Counted from the stretch's first letter, positions 18,822 to 28,536 are shown. The stretch is DNA of 50,503 nt from a bacterium (GCA_043764315.1 JAYUKQ010000071.1:1-50503), one strand, 5' to 3'. Numbers and translations are program-made. Notes: a model not told the origin generated them from the letters alone.

Positions 18822-20052
18822 ATGAATTATTCATTTGATTGTAAAGCTCGGTTGGTAGCGGGACAATTCCCCACCATTTGTAATTCAGACCAACTCCATC
18901 GTATTTTTTCCACAGATCTACAGCGTAGTTGGTACAGTTAGCAAAAGCTAAATCGTAACTTCCACCGTCGTTAAGGTCTCTTCCTACAGTAGCGTTTACA
19001 AAAAATCTAGCCATTACAGTTATTGAGTAATATGACCAATATGGTATAAACCACCACCAATAGCCACCATTTTGCATATCATATGTTAATTGTTGAATTA
19101 AGTTGTTTTCATTAGTATAATATGGAATTGCAAAACCCGCACCTCTGATATCATTAGCTTGAGATTGATTAATGTTTTTGATTTTAAAAGCCGCTCGATT
19201 TTGCTGTTTATAATTCCAATTATTATACGGTTGATTGTGAAGATCGTTAGCCCACGTTTGGTCTGGATTACTATAGTAAGTTGGTTGATTCCATCCATTT
19301 ATCAAATTAACCTCAATAGATCCCATGTTTTGACCATAAGATTGAACTTGTTGAATACATCTATCAGCTAAAGCATTCCAAGCATAATTAAGACTATAAC
19401 ATCGATCATCCTGACCAGACCAGAATCCATAAGTTGAATTTTCAGATACATGATTCCAGTCATCCATTTTTTGAATAGCTACCCAAGAATGACCAACATC
19501 GCTGGTGTCACCACCGTAAGGAAAACCTCTTTCAACGAATAGCTTCATCTCATAGCTTCCAGCTCGAAATTGTTTTGTCCACGCATTACAATTGAATAGA
19601 AGTAAACTTTCTCCAGCATTGCCAGTATAAGTATCAATGCACCAATAAGTATTATCTTTAAGTCTAATCCTACCTTCTGTATCATACACCCATTTTTGAG
19701 CTGAAGATCCGTTACAAGTCCAGAGTTTGATTGGTTGAAAATTAGTTCTATTATTACCATACAGATCAACACACTTACCTCCTACAACGATAACACCATC
19801 TGTGTTTAAATAAAATTTTTGATTCCAATTGTTGTTCCAATTGTTGTTTTTGTACCAGATACCAATATTTGCTCCATCGTTAGTATTCCATCCCCGCAAA
19901 TCTATGGTTGTATTGCGGTGTTCACGCATATTAACATAATTAATATTAACACAAACATTAGACCAAGAGTTACAAATTTTTGAAAAATAGCGATAATTGA
20001 AATGAGGAGTAAGATTCTTCATAAAATGAAACATTACAAACAAAAAAGACAT
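18808..20052 (-). CDS. ricin-type beta-trefoil lectin fused to a putative His/Cys (permuted papain-like) hydrolase domain
   Basis: Three QxW/QxF repeats (NQKFYL, AQKWVY, TKQFRA) within about 130 aa are typical of ricin B lectins. The C-terminal domain has VGHSWVAI ... FANCTNYAVDLW, reminiscent of LRAT/NlpC-P60 permuted H...NC motifs (speculative). Confidence 0.6.
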   Translation of the reverse strand: MSFLFVMFHFMKNLTPHFNYRYFSKICNSWSNVCVNINYVNMREHRNTTIDLRGWNTNDGANIGIWYKNNNWNNNWNQKFYLNTDGVIVVGGKCVDLYGNNRTNFQPIKLWTCNGSSAQKWVYDTEGRIRLKDNTYWCIDTYTGNAGESLLLFNCNAWTKQFRAGSYEMKLFVERGFPYGGDTSDVGHSWVAIQKMDDWNHVSENSTYGFWSGQDDRCYSLNYAWNALADRCIQQVQSYGQNMGSIEVNLINGWNQPTYYSNPDQTWANDLHNQPYNNWNYKQQNRAAFKIKNINQSQANDIRGAGFAIPYYTNENNLIQQLTYDMQNGGYWWWFIPYWSYYSITVMARFFVNATVGRDLNDGGSYDLAFANCTNYAVDLWKKYDGVGLNYKWWGIVPLPTELYNQMNNSYAQW

Positions 20053-20162
20053 AAAAAGATAGATTTTATATCAATTGCAACTCTTATGTCACTGGCTGTT
20101 ATTGTCAATTTTGTCTGTTCTGTAGCAAATAAAAAAATTCTATATTTCAAGGATTAGTATTA

Positions 20163-20852
20163 TTATTGATTCCCAATATTGTACTTAGGTAAAGTATAAA
20201 AACCACGTGATTCAATTGGTGTGTGTCTATAGATTTCCTCACCTAAAATCTGATCTTTGAGAATTGGACCACAGGCTCTAGCATCTTGACTTCCAGCTCT
20301 ATTATCTCCCATAAAGTAATACGAATTAGCTCCTAATACTTTTTCGACAGTTTCAGAATCGTTTGGTATATTAGCTTTTTTGTAAGATCTAACACTCGGC
20401 TTGAGATAAGCTGACTCTTCAAGTTTGATGCCAGGATAAGGATATTGCTCGTTGATTATATACACAAAACCATCTTTAATTCTAACAGTTTCGCCAGGAA
20501 GACCAATTATTCTTTTGATATATAGTGTTTTGTCTACACGGCAGGCAGAGGGAGCAATAAGCACAACCACTTGACCTCTTTTGTAGGCACTAAATTTAGG
20601 GCTGAACTTGTTGATATAAATCTTATCCATCTGTCCATTGCGACTAAAATTGTAATTAGGCCACATTGATTCTCCATCAATGCCAATTAAGTCTACCACA
20701 CTCGTTCTAAAGAAAACAAAAACTATAGCAATAGTTACAAAAGTTTTGAGAAAATAGAATACATAATCTTTGATATCTTGCCAAAAATTAGGCTCCAAGT
20801 AGTCCTTAATTTCTTTTTTACCAGCGATTGATTGATAACGAATATGTTTCAT
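20163..20852 (-). CDS. lepB: signal peptidase I
   Basis: TM anchor, GESMWPNY (catalytic Ser box), YIKRIIGLPGE (Lys box) and GDNRAGSQDAR box. Confidence 0.9.
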   Translation of the reverse strand: MKHIRYQSIAGKKEIKDYLEPNFWQDIKDYVFYFLKTFVTIAIVFVFFRTSVVDLIGIDGESMWPNYNFSRNGQMDKIYINKFSPKFSAYKRGQVVVLIAPSACRVDKTLYIKRIIGLPGETVRIKDGFVYIINEQYPYPGIKLEESAYLKPSVRSYKKANIPNDSETVEKVLGANSYYFMGDNRAGSQDARACGPILKDQILGEEIYRHTPIESRGFYTLPKYNIGNQ

Positions 20853-20860
20853 TGCGATTC

Positions 20861-22297
20861 CTATTTAGGATAATTTTGACGGATAGAATTGAGATAATTA
20901 GAAACTTCTGGATTCAAAGTTAGATCTTGTTCTATTTTTTCTACAGCATGGATAACTGTGCTATGACTTTTGCCAAAAACTGAACCAATAGCTTTATAGT
21001 TGTAATTCAAATCTTTGTACAGAACATACATTGTAAGCTGTCTAGCTAAAGCAATTTTCTTCTCACGATTTTTGCCCAAGATCCTCTCACTGTCAACACA
21101 CAAAGCAACTCCAACCAAATCTATAACTTGACGAGGGCTAGTAACCCTAGGTTTAAAATCTATTTTGATCAAACTTGTTAGACTGAATCCTTGCAAAATT
21201 TGACTTAATTCAAGCTCATTAAGAACACTGTTGGGAAGTAGTTGTTGTCTTGCTTGTATACGGTTCAAAACTCCTTCAATGTCACGATAATTAGTATCTA
21301 CCTGACGAGCCACTAACTCAATTTGAAGGTTTGTGAGTTTTAGGCTCATGGTTCTTACTTTGAATTGAATAACTGCTAATCTATCTTCCATGTCTGGCTT
21401 CGACAAATCAATTACAATACCCCATTCGAATCTAGAAATCAAACGACTTTCCATTCCACCAAGATTTTTTGGATGTTTATCTGAAGAAACCACTATTTGT
21501 TTGTTATGCTGATGTAATATATTAAAAATATGAAAAAAGGCCTCTTGAGTGCCTTCCTTACCTGCGATAAAATGAATATCATCAACTAGTAGGAGATCAA
21601 CCGATCTGTAAAATTCATTAAATTCTTTCATTTTTCTGCCTGTTACTGATTCTATGTAGTGATTTACAAAAGTTTCCGAAGTAATATACTTAATATTGAA
21701 GTTGGGATGTAATTCCAAAGTTTTTTGACCTATAGCTTGTAAAGTATGAGTTTTACCCAGTCCAGTTCCACTGTACAAGAAAACAGGATTATATTGAGTA
21801 CCAGGTTTTTCAGAGATTATCTTAGCAACACATGTAGCTAATTCGTTACTACGATTACAAACCAAAGTATCAAAAGTATATTTGGGATTCAGATTGTTAA
21901 GGTTGGACTTAAGTAATTTGATTGGAGATGGAATAGACCTTGGTTCAATGCCGACAATATCTGATTGAAATTCAATAGCTTGATTCTGATTAACTAATGT
22001 TAGTTTTGGCTTGATCTGACCAACTCTTGGTGTGTTGTTATTAGTTGTATCCACAACAAATTCTATAGATTGAACCTTTGGATAATATTTGTTAATAATT
22101 CCCAGTAGTTGATTTTTGTATTTGTCTTCAATATATTTTTGAGCAAATTTGGAGAATGTGGAAATGGTAATCGTAGTTCCAGTATTTTTGGTTGAAACAA
22201 AGCACAGTCTTGAAAACCAAGCGTTGAAGTGTGTAGTGGGAATTGAAGTTTCCAAACTATTAAGCACTAGATTCCAGTATTCTCGTTGAGCTTGCAT
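20861..22297 (-). CDS. dnaA: chromosomal replication initiator protein DnaA
   Basis: Walker A GTGLGKTHTLQAIG, Walker B/sensor LLVDDIHFIAGKEGTQEAFFHIFN, and C-terminal DNA-binding helix FGKSHSTVIHAVEKI. Confidence 0.95.
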   Translation of the reverse strand: MQAQREYWNLVLNSLETSIPTTHFNAWFSRLCFVSTKNTGTTITISTFSKFAQKYIEDKYKNQLLGIINKYYPKVQSIEFVVDTTNNNTPRVGQIKPKLTLVNQNQAIEFQSDIVGIEPRSIPSPIKLLKSNLNNLNPKYTFDTLVCNRSNELATCVAKIISEKPGTQYNPVFLYSGTGLGKTHTLQAIGQKTLELHPNFNIKYITSETFVNHYIESVTGRKMKEFNEFYRSVDLLLVDDIHFIAGKEGTQEAFFHIFNILHQHNKQIVVSSDKHPKNLGGMESRLISRFEWGIVIDLSKPDMEDRLAVIQFKVRTMSLKLTNLQIELVARQVDTNYRDIEGVLNRIQARQQLLPNSVLNELELSQILQGFSLTSLIKIDFKPRVTSPRQVIDLVGVALCVDSERILGKNREKKIALARQLTMYVLYKDLNYNYKAIGSVFGKSHSTVIHAVEKIEQDLTLNPEVSNYLNSIRQNYPK

Positions 22298-22698
22298 TTG
22301 ATTAAAAAATAGTTACAAACAAAAGACCCTTTGTCAAACAACAATATGTAGTAATGTTACAGCTTACTACACACTTTATATAGTGTTTTTTCTCAAAAAA
22401 ATAAGTTAATTTTTAACCCAAAAACTGTTGATTTAGACCTAAGCAAAGCCTACCGTGACACATACCTCTGTTCAACTAACCAAAACTAGATATAGATTAA
22501 AATATCGCTTTAAATAAAAAAAATATTACAGCCAAACACGTATCAATTTTTACAACCCAAAAAATTAAACCTCTTAATTGTCATCTTAAATAAAACAAAA
22601 AATCATCCGTGTTTGGAGGTGTAGATTTTAAACCTTTGTATAATTTGATGGAGTTTTGAGTCTACATAAGTCTTTCGTATTTTTTTTACAATCCCAAT

Positions 22699-23742
22699 CT
22701 AACTCAAAAATTGATAACCTCTAAAATCAATAACTTTACCCGTAGAAAGGCATATTTTGGATACCTCAAGAAGTGAATTATTACCACACTCCAACAAAAC
22801 TAACTGTTTTTTAGAATCTTTTAAAACTAACCAGTTATCGTGTTTTTGAATGCTAAACTCTTCTTTTTTAAAGTCATTTTTGACTACTCTACACTCCAAT
22901 ATCTTAACTTCACAACCAAAATATTGATCCGCAAAACTTGTCCCTGGAAAATCAATTAAAGCTCTGTAATGCCTAAAAATATCACTAGCTTGTAGGATTT
23001 TAGGATTAATTAATTTGTATTCTTTATCGAATTTGTTACAATCAGTAGCCAAAGAATTATTCTGATTAAAACCGAGATTAAGTAATTTGCAAGCAATAGC
23101 AATTGCCCAGGTGCGTTGACCAAATAGACCAAAATAATTAATCAAATTATTAAAGTTATCACTATCGACAACCGCTTTAGATATTTGCCAATAAACCCTA
23201 CCTTCATCCATTTTTTTGGTCATATCAATCCAAGACAAACCTACTTGGTTATCACCTACTAACAAAGATGACTGAAGTGGAGTTGCCCCACGATATTTGG
23301 GTAACAAACTGGGATGCCAGTTCAAACATCCTAAATTTGGTTTGTTTAAAGCTCGAGATCCTACAAACTGACCATAACTAGCTGTTAACAACAAATCCAC
23401 TTCATCTAATTGATTGGTTAATTCTTTATTCAAATTGTGTGGAGTCCAAGTTGGGATGGAATTTTTTTTGGCGAAATTAGCAATTGGATTAACTATAATT
23501 TTTTTTCGATACTCTCTATCGGGCTGACTAACAACTGTTTGCAAATTAATTGGAGTGGAGCAATCTTGCCGCAAACCCATAATTAATTCTTCAAAATTAT
23601 CTGGCAAAGTAGACTTCCAATCTATATCCAATTCATCTAATTGTAATTTTAGAACTTGCCAAAAAGGCTTATTTTGAGAGTCGCGAATTGATTCAAGAAT
23701 AGGTAATGTAAAATCTGAAGAGGAAAAAAAAGCTATATTCAT
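22699..23742 (-). CDS. fmt: methionyl-tRNA formyltransferase (with about 45-aa N-domain insertion)
   Basis: NWHPSLLPKYRGATPLQSSLL and VSQPDR motifs. At 347 aa, it carries extra residues between the first beta-alpha unit and the QPDR motif. Confidence 0.88.
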   Translation of the reverse strand: MNIAFFSSSDFTLPILESIRDSQNKPFWQVLKLQLDELDIDWKSTLPDNFEELIMGLRQDCSTPINLQTVVSQPDREYRKKIIVNPIANFAKKNSIPTWTPHNLNKELTNQLDEVDLLLTASYGQFVGSRALNKPNLGCLNWHPSLLPKYRGATPLQSSLLVGDNQVGLSWIDMTKKMDEGRVYWQISKAVVDSDNFNNLINYFGLFGQRTWAIAIACKLLNLGFNQNNSLATDCNKFDKEYKLINPKILQASDIFRHYRALIDFPGTSFADQYFGCEVKILECRVVKNDFKKEEFSIQKHDNWLVLKDSKKQLVLLECGNNSLLEVSKICLSTGKVIDFRGYQFLS

Positions 23743-23897
23743 AACTTAAATTAAATACCAAAAAGTATCCATTGTCTACATTTTTTAAACTCTCTCTTAA
23801 TAAATAAAGTCAAAACTTTGGATTTGAGATGATTACAAATCCATTAATCTTTTGAATTGTCTATTAATCCACACAGTGACTATCTGTAGTGTAATAC

Positions 23898-24278
23898 CTA
23901 AACATAAACTACTACACGACCTTCAAGGTCACCGTCATAGACAATTTCAGACAAACCCCAAAATCCAGTTTTGACATAAACCTTACCTCGACCTCGACGA
24001 TGCTCAAAGTGAATTTCTCCTCTATCATTAGTAAAATACCAACCAGTCTCTCGTCGAAAACCTCGAAACACCACGTCAACAGCAGCGAACTTGACAGGTT
24101 TATCTTTGTACTTATCGACAACTTGTACTGTGAACATAACTACAGTGTAAGTATTGTAATAGTTTTTGGTCAATTTTAATGAACTAAAAAATACCAAACA
24201 AAAAGTAAAACCCCAAAATAAATACTGACTTAAAAGTAATATTACTGTATGACCGCAAATATATTTTGTATAATTCAA
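23898..24278 (-). CDS. hypothetical small protein
   Basis: ORF-track start is TTG; the first ATG, at 24137, would give 79 aa. The C-terminal region is beta-rich (VVFRGFRRETGWYFTNDRGEIHF). No family recognised. Confidence 0.45.
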   Translation of the reverse strand: MNYTKYICGHTVILLLSQYLFWGFTFCLVFFSSLKLTKNYYNTYTVVMFTVQVVDKYKDKPVKFAAVDVVFRGFRRETGWYFTNDRGEIHFEHRRGRGKVYVKTGFWGLSEIVYDGDLEGRVVVYV

Positions 24279-24401
24279 GAACTAGAATAATCTTTTGACC
24301 AAATTATAATTTTGTAAATACACAAATCCACCAAAAAAACCCACAATGGGATTTTAAGTATTTTGTTGATAAAAGTGTTTGGAATTATTTTTGAAATAGC
24401 C

Positions 24402-25073
24402 CTAAAAATAGCCTTTAGTAAGATCAAAATCTTCAGACGAGCTTTCGGGTGTCTCATTATAAATAATCCTACGACCGTCGTTAATTTTGGAAGATGTTCT
24501 AGAAGAACTAGAAACAACGTTAATAAAAGCTCCCCAAGTAGGTGTACCAGATTTTGGAATATAAATAGCGACTTCATCGCCAATCTTCAAATCAAGGTTT
24601 TTCATAGCGTATGTTGCAGAAGCTTTGAGTATTTTGACTGGAGCTGGGTAGCCGTTAACAGTTACAGCATAATTATTATCATCTATAATGAATCTACCAA
24701 TTACTCTTTCACGCAGAACTGGTAAAGTTAACTTATAAACCTCTTTTGGCTCACCTCCATTGTCACGGGTAAGAACCCATTTGAGGCGATCACCAACAAC
24801 CAATTGTGACTTGGAAGCATAATTCTGTGGAACTGGATAGATCTGGGCATTATCCCCTATCATATTTTCGCCATCAAAGTAACCTTCTTGAAATTCTTCT
24901 CCAATATCCAAGCTGAATTTGCCAGTTGAAGAGTAGTTAACCGATGGGCTTGCAGTAGTTTTTGCAGAACCAAAATCTAAATTAGAAGTTGAGTTAAGCA
25001 TTGACTTGATGTTACGGATATTAGTTTCGCAGATCTCAAGTAAATTGAGAATAGTTTCTGTTTTTTTGTTCAT
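24402..25073 (-). CDS. conserved hypothetical protein (CPR-type EGYFDG..M.G....YPVP.NYASKS.LV.GD family)
   Basis: 223 aa. QEGYFDGENMIGDNAQIYPVPQNYASKSQLVVGDRLKW and ILKASATYAMK blocks match a family I recall as widespread in Patescibacteria, with unknown function. Confidence 0.6.
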   Translation of the reverse strand: MNKKTETILNLLEICETNIRNIKSMLNSTSNLDFGSAKTTASPSVNYSSTGKFSLDIGEEFQEGYFDGENMIGDNAQIYPVPQNYASKSQLVVGDRLKWVLTRDNGGEPKEVYKLTLPVLRERVIGRFIIDDNNYAVTVNGYPAPVKILKASATYAMKNLDLKIGDEVAIYIPKSGTPTWGAFINVVSSSSRTSSKINDGRRIIYNETPESSSEDFDLTKGYF

Positions 25074-25360
25074 AATTTCGGTATTAAATGTATAAAATTG
25101 TATTTGTAATGTTTTATTATCTAAAAAAATAAATAGACTTAAAGATATTAAATTTTACCTTTAGTGTAATTAATTTTTTTGTTTAAATGTTCTTTTCATT
25201 ATATATGATAATAATGATTATTAATTGAATATCTAACTTTTTAGTTTTTTTTGATTAAGTTTGAGGAATTATTTTTTTGTTCATTTTTATCTTATACAAA
25301 CTAGTATTAGTAAACTTGCTTTAAACAAAATTGTCAAAAGTTATAATTTCAAAAGTTAGA

Positions 25361-25750
25361 TTAATATTTTTTGATGAATCCAGCGGAATCTTTGGCAAAT
25401 TCTTCACTTGCAAAGCATATTTCTGGTTTTATCTTTTCGTAGTTTTTGTGAGTTGGTGTATAATAGTAATTAGTTTGCGAATTGAATTTTCCTTTAATTT
25501 TATAATCTTTGTCACACCTTGGCTCTTGATTGGGTTTGATCCATTGAACTCCAACAACTTCTTTAGCCACAATGCTTATCTGAACACTGGATTGACTTGT
25601 TGAGGACTGACCGCTAATTGACTTAAGTGAATTCGAGTTAATTGAACCTTGGCTAGTTTTGTAACCAAAATAATAGCCTGAACCGAGTGATACAGTTACA
25701 ACAAAAACGTTCGCCAAGATTTGATTTAGATTAGCAAAGTTCCAATTCAT
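25361..25750 (-). CDS. membrane-anchored protein with C-terminal sunset-like motif
   Basis: N-terminal TM helix and Ser-rich linker. C-terminal CDKDYKIKGKFNSQTNYYYTPTHKNYEKIKPEICFASEEFAKDSAGFIK resembles the IKGNI..YH.PG..Y......CF..E.EA..AGFR sunset-domain pattern. Confidence 0.5.
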   Translation of the reverse strand: MNWNFANLNQILANVFVVTVSLGSGYYFGYKTSQGSINSNSLKSISGQSSTSQSSVQISIVAKEVVGVQWIKPNQEPRCDKDYKIKGKFNSQTNYYYTPTHKNYEKIKPEICFASEEFAKDSAGFIKKY

Positions 25751-25926
25751 AGCTTATTTATTCAAGATTACGAGATTATTCTTGTCAATAGATAATTCTT
25801 GTTAGTGAAGAAACTGGACAAGCAAGACTAAAAAAAGTTCGTAGAGATTAAACCAACTACAGATGGTCAAACTAATTGGCAATTTATGGCAGATTTTATT
25901 AAGGGTTAACTTTATAGTCCAAGCAT

Positions 25927-26322
25927 TTAGACCAAATCAAATTTTACTTTTTCACAAATCTCCTTGCACTTCTGACAATCTAATTGTATTTGCTCTTTGA
26001 GAGATTCCAATGAATCAAACTTAACAACTGGACGGACGAATTCTAGTAATTTAACATCTACAATTTGACTATATATATCTTGATCAAAATCCAAAATATG
26101 CGACTCCAGTACCACAGTATCAAAATTGTAAGTCAACGCTTTGCCATAATAAGTGGCAGAATCATACCACTGGTTACCGACTTTAACTTTGGCTGCGTAG
26201 ATTCCAAGTTCAATCTGACTAATTGGATACAATGAATAATCAACATCAATATTAGCTGTTGGAAAACCTATTTTGCGACCATCTTGTCGACCTCTTATAA
26301 CTTTACCTTGGATAGTAATCAT
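25927..26322 (-). CDS. monofunctional riboflavin kinase (RibF C-terminal-domain type)
   Basis: GKVIRGRQDGRKIGFPTANI and LESHILDFDQDIY..I.V.LLEFVRP motifs. At 131 aa there is no FAD-synthetase domain. Confidence 0.85.
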   Translation of the reverse strand: MITIQGKVIRGRQDGRKIGFPTANIDVDYSLYPISQIELGIYAAKVKVGNQWYDSATYYGKALTYNFDTVVLESHILDFDQDIYSQIVDVKLLEFVRPVVKFDSLESLKEQIQLDCQKCKEICEKVKFDLV

Positions 26323-27104
26323 ATTCGATAATTCAATACATTTTGTTCAAAACCTAATTTTTTAATTTGCTTTTCAAAGTCTAGTTCGTTTCCTGTAGTC
26401 AAAAGTTTAATTTGTTCAAAATGATATTTAGTTCTATTGGAATCATATTCACTGTGTTTGTCGATATAAGTAAGAATCTTGTCAGCAATATAATCAGCTG
26501 GATCTATAATCTGACTATTTGCAAAGATAGTTGAAATCAAGTCTATAACCCAGCTATAGTGAGTACACGCCAAAAGTACATAATCAAAATCTAGTTGAGG
26601 CAAATTTTTGAGTATCTTCTCACAGCTATTGTAGTCACTTTTTTCAATTGCCATTGCCAAATAATCAGCTGATAAGTCAAAAGATTCAAATCCAAGTTTT
26701 TTTAGCTCTGATTGATAAAAATTAGATTTTAAAGTTGCAGGTGTAGCTAGTATACCTATTCTTGAACCAACGAGAGCAGAAGATTGAACTAATTCCAAAA
26801 TAGGTTTGGAAATTCCCAAAACTTGTTTGTGCTGACAGGCGAAATGAGTTGGCAAAAATTCAGATTGCAAATATCTAACAGTGTTAACTGAAGCTGTGTT
26901 ACACACTTGAACTACAAGATTATGAGTTAATAAAACTTTTGAACTAACATCTTGAAGCCTGTTTTTGATTTCAAATTGAGATTTGGAACCTAATGGTAAA
27001 AAAGCATTATCAGCCAAATAGGTGAAAGCCAAATTGGGTCTTTTTTGAATTAATCGCGAAGCAACGCTCAAACCACCGACACCAGAATCATACAAACAAA
27101 GCAT
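26319..27104 (-). CDS. murI: glutamate racemase
   Basis: YDSGVGGLSV N-terminus, VCNTAS and LACTHYS catalytic Cys motifs. It overlaps the riboflavin kinase gene by 4 nt. Confidence 0.9.
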   Translation of the reverse strand: MLCLYDSGVGGLSVASRLIQKRPNLAFTYLADNAFLPLGSKSQFEIKNRLQDVSSKVLLTHNLVVQVCNTASVNTVRYLQSEFLPTHFACQHKQVLGISKPILELVQSSALVGSRIGILATPATLKSNFYQSELKKLGFESFDLSADYLAMAIEKSDYNSCEKILKNLPQLDFDYVLLACTHYSWVIDLISTIFANSQIIDPADYIADKILTYIDKHSEYDSNRTKYHFEQIKLLTTGNELDFEKQIKKLGFEQNVLNYRI

Positions 27105-27106
27105 TT

Positions 27107-27493
27107 TTAGAAATTAATAAAGTTTAAAATTGTATTAATCACAGCTTGCAAACCTTGTCGTCTAGTAAGTGAGAGGTGTTGATCCAATTCAAACTCTTTT
27201 AGCCACGAGGAATTAATTTGATTTATTTCAACTTTAGATTTGGATTCATATACCAAAACAACCAAAGCCAAAAGCCCCTGCACTAATCTTGAATCAGCTT
27301 CAGTCTGAATATGCAGCAAATCATTTTGCCAAGTTAGAATTAACCAAACCCGTGACTGACAACCAGTAACGCTATTACGATTAACTTTCAAATTATCTTT
27401 TAATAGAGGCAATTTTTGACCTAACTCAAGAATAAATTCATATTTTTCTGACCAATTTTCTAACCTTTTAAGATATTGCAAATCTTGATTCAT
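27107..27493 (-). CDS. sufE: SufE-family cysteine desulfuration protein
   Basis: VTGCQSRVWL active-site motif and about 128 aa length are typical of SufE/CsdE. Confidence 0.85.
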   Translation of the reverse strand: MNQDLQYLKRLENWSEKYEFILELGQKLPLLKDNLKVNRNSVTGCQSRVWLILTWQNDLLHIQTEADSRLVQGLLALVVLVYESKSKVEINQINSSWLKEFELDQHLSLTRRQGLQAVINTILNFINF

Positions 27494-27517
27494 AGCCTAA
27501 ATTCAGCTTTGAATTAA

Positions 27518-28156
27518 CTATTTTGTCAATCTTGATTCCAAAAAATTCAAACTACCTGGAATAATGTTAAAAATCACTGGAGCAAAAAGTAAAATAAAAC
27601 TAGCATTTAAATTCCAAAAAGAAGCAACAAACGAAACTACTGCAGCGACAATTGGCAAGAGAATGCGAATTCTAATCTTTTTCATAGTTAATTTATCAAC
27701 TTCGTGTGTATCAATTTCCTTGGAAATATGAGCATAATGGTACATACTATACATACACAAGCCAATCATGACTATAGATGCAGCATAAAGCTGAATTGCA
27801 CCTTGATTATAGCGATATTCACCAAGAAGATGAGACATGAAAGGTAATAAACTAACTAACATCAAAAACAAGACGTTAATCTCCATAAGCATACGATTGA
27901 TATTCTTAGTAAAAATATGAAATAAATTGTGGTGTCCGATCCAATACATCGCTAAAATAGCAAAAGTAATAGAATAAGAAAAAAAAACTGGGGTAAGTTT
28001 GATTATCTCGGAGAATAATTTTTCTGAATTATTAAGAGCTTCAGGTGACAGCTTAGGTATTTTGAATTCGAGAACTAATATGGTCATAATGATGGCAAAG
28101 ACACCATCTGATAAAGTTTCAATTCTATTTTTATTCATATTTTTATTAGTATTCAT
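27518..28156 (-). CDS. TMEM175-family (DUF1211) potassium channel
   Basis: RIETLSDGVFAIIMTILVLE signature (RxxxFSD-like) at helix 1, with six predicted TM helices. Confidence 0.8.
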   Translation of the reverse strand: MNTNKNMNKNRIETLSDGVFAIIMTILVLEFKIPKLSPEALNNSEKLFSEIIKLTPVFFSYSITFAILAMYWIGHHNLFHIFTKNINRMLMEINVLFLMLVSLLPFMSHLLGEYRYNQGAIQLYAASIVMIGLCMYSMYHYAHISKEIDTHEVDKLTMKKIRIRILLPIVAAVVSFVASFWNLNASFILLFAPVIFNIIPGSLNFLESRLTK

Positions 28157-28177
28157 ATTTATTCAACAATTATTTAA

Positions 28178-28206
28178 AGTATAGTTTACAGTTCGCTATT
28201 GGTCAA
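28178..28206 (-). promoter_or_regulatory. sigma70-type promoter for the TMEM175-sufE-murI-riboflavin kinase gene string
   Basis: The minus strand reads TTGACC-17 nt-TATACT, with the -35 box starting 50 nt upstream of ATG 28156. Confidence 0.45.
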
Positions 28207-28272
28207 AAAATAATTAGCCAACAAAAAAATAACCCTAAAAAGAATTATTATAATTTTATTTATGCAAAATGA

Positions 28273-28536
28273 TTAAGCTTGAACTTTGGCAACCATCGCT
28301 GCGAGTCTGGATTTGCGGCGGTTAGCTTTGTTCCTATGAATTACATTAGTCTTAACTGCTTTGTCCAAATTGGAAAAAACTTTGGAAAGAGTGGTTTGGT
28401 AAGCTGTAGGATTAGTAGCTAAACATTTGCGTAATTCTTTGAGGGAATTTTTGATTTTCCACTTTCTAGCAGTATTGATTTCTTTTCGACGAAGTGAAAC
28501 TCTCATTGCTTTTTTGGCAGCTGCGGTATTTGGCAT
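28273..28536 (-). CDS. rpsT: 30S ribosomal protein S20
   Basis: 87 aa, basic and helical. The MPNTAAAKKAMRVSLRRKEINTARK N-terminus is typical of bS20. Confidence 0.9.
   Translation of the reverse strand: MPNTAAAKKAMRVSLRRKEINTARKWKIKNSLKELRKCLATNPTAYQTTLSKVFSNLDKAVKTNVIHRNKANRRKSRLAAMVAKVQA

Noticed and set aside
23864-23873. Near-consensus DnaA box TTAATCCACA, plus similar single hits (for example GTATCCACC near 30915)
   Set aside because: These are isolated 8-of-9 matches that do not form a cluster, which is insufficient to call an origin.
24275-24725. ORFs 24275..24583 (-) and 24363..24725 (+), which overlap the 24402..25073 gene
   Set aside because: They overlap, in alternative frames, a gene with recognisable conserved blocks. 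Their composition is hydrophobic and low-complexity, as expected from off-frame reading of AT-rich DNA.
25331-25603. Plus-strand ORF of 90 aa
   Set aside because: It overlaps the minus-strand ORF 25361..25750 entirely. That ORF has a TM anchor plus a sunset-like C-terminal motif and a TTGACA box 38 nt upstream, so the minus-strand ORF is preferred.
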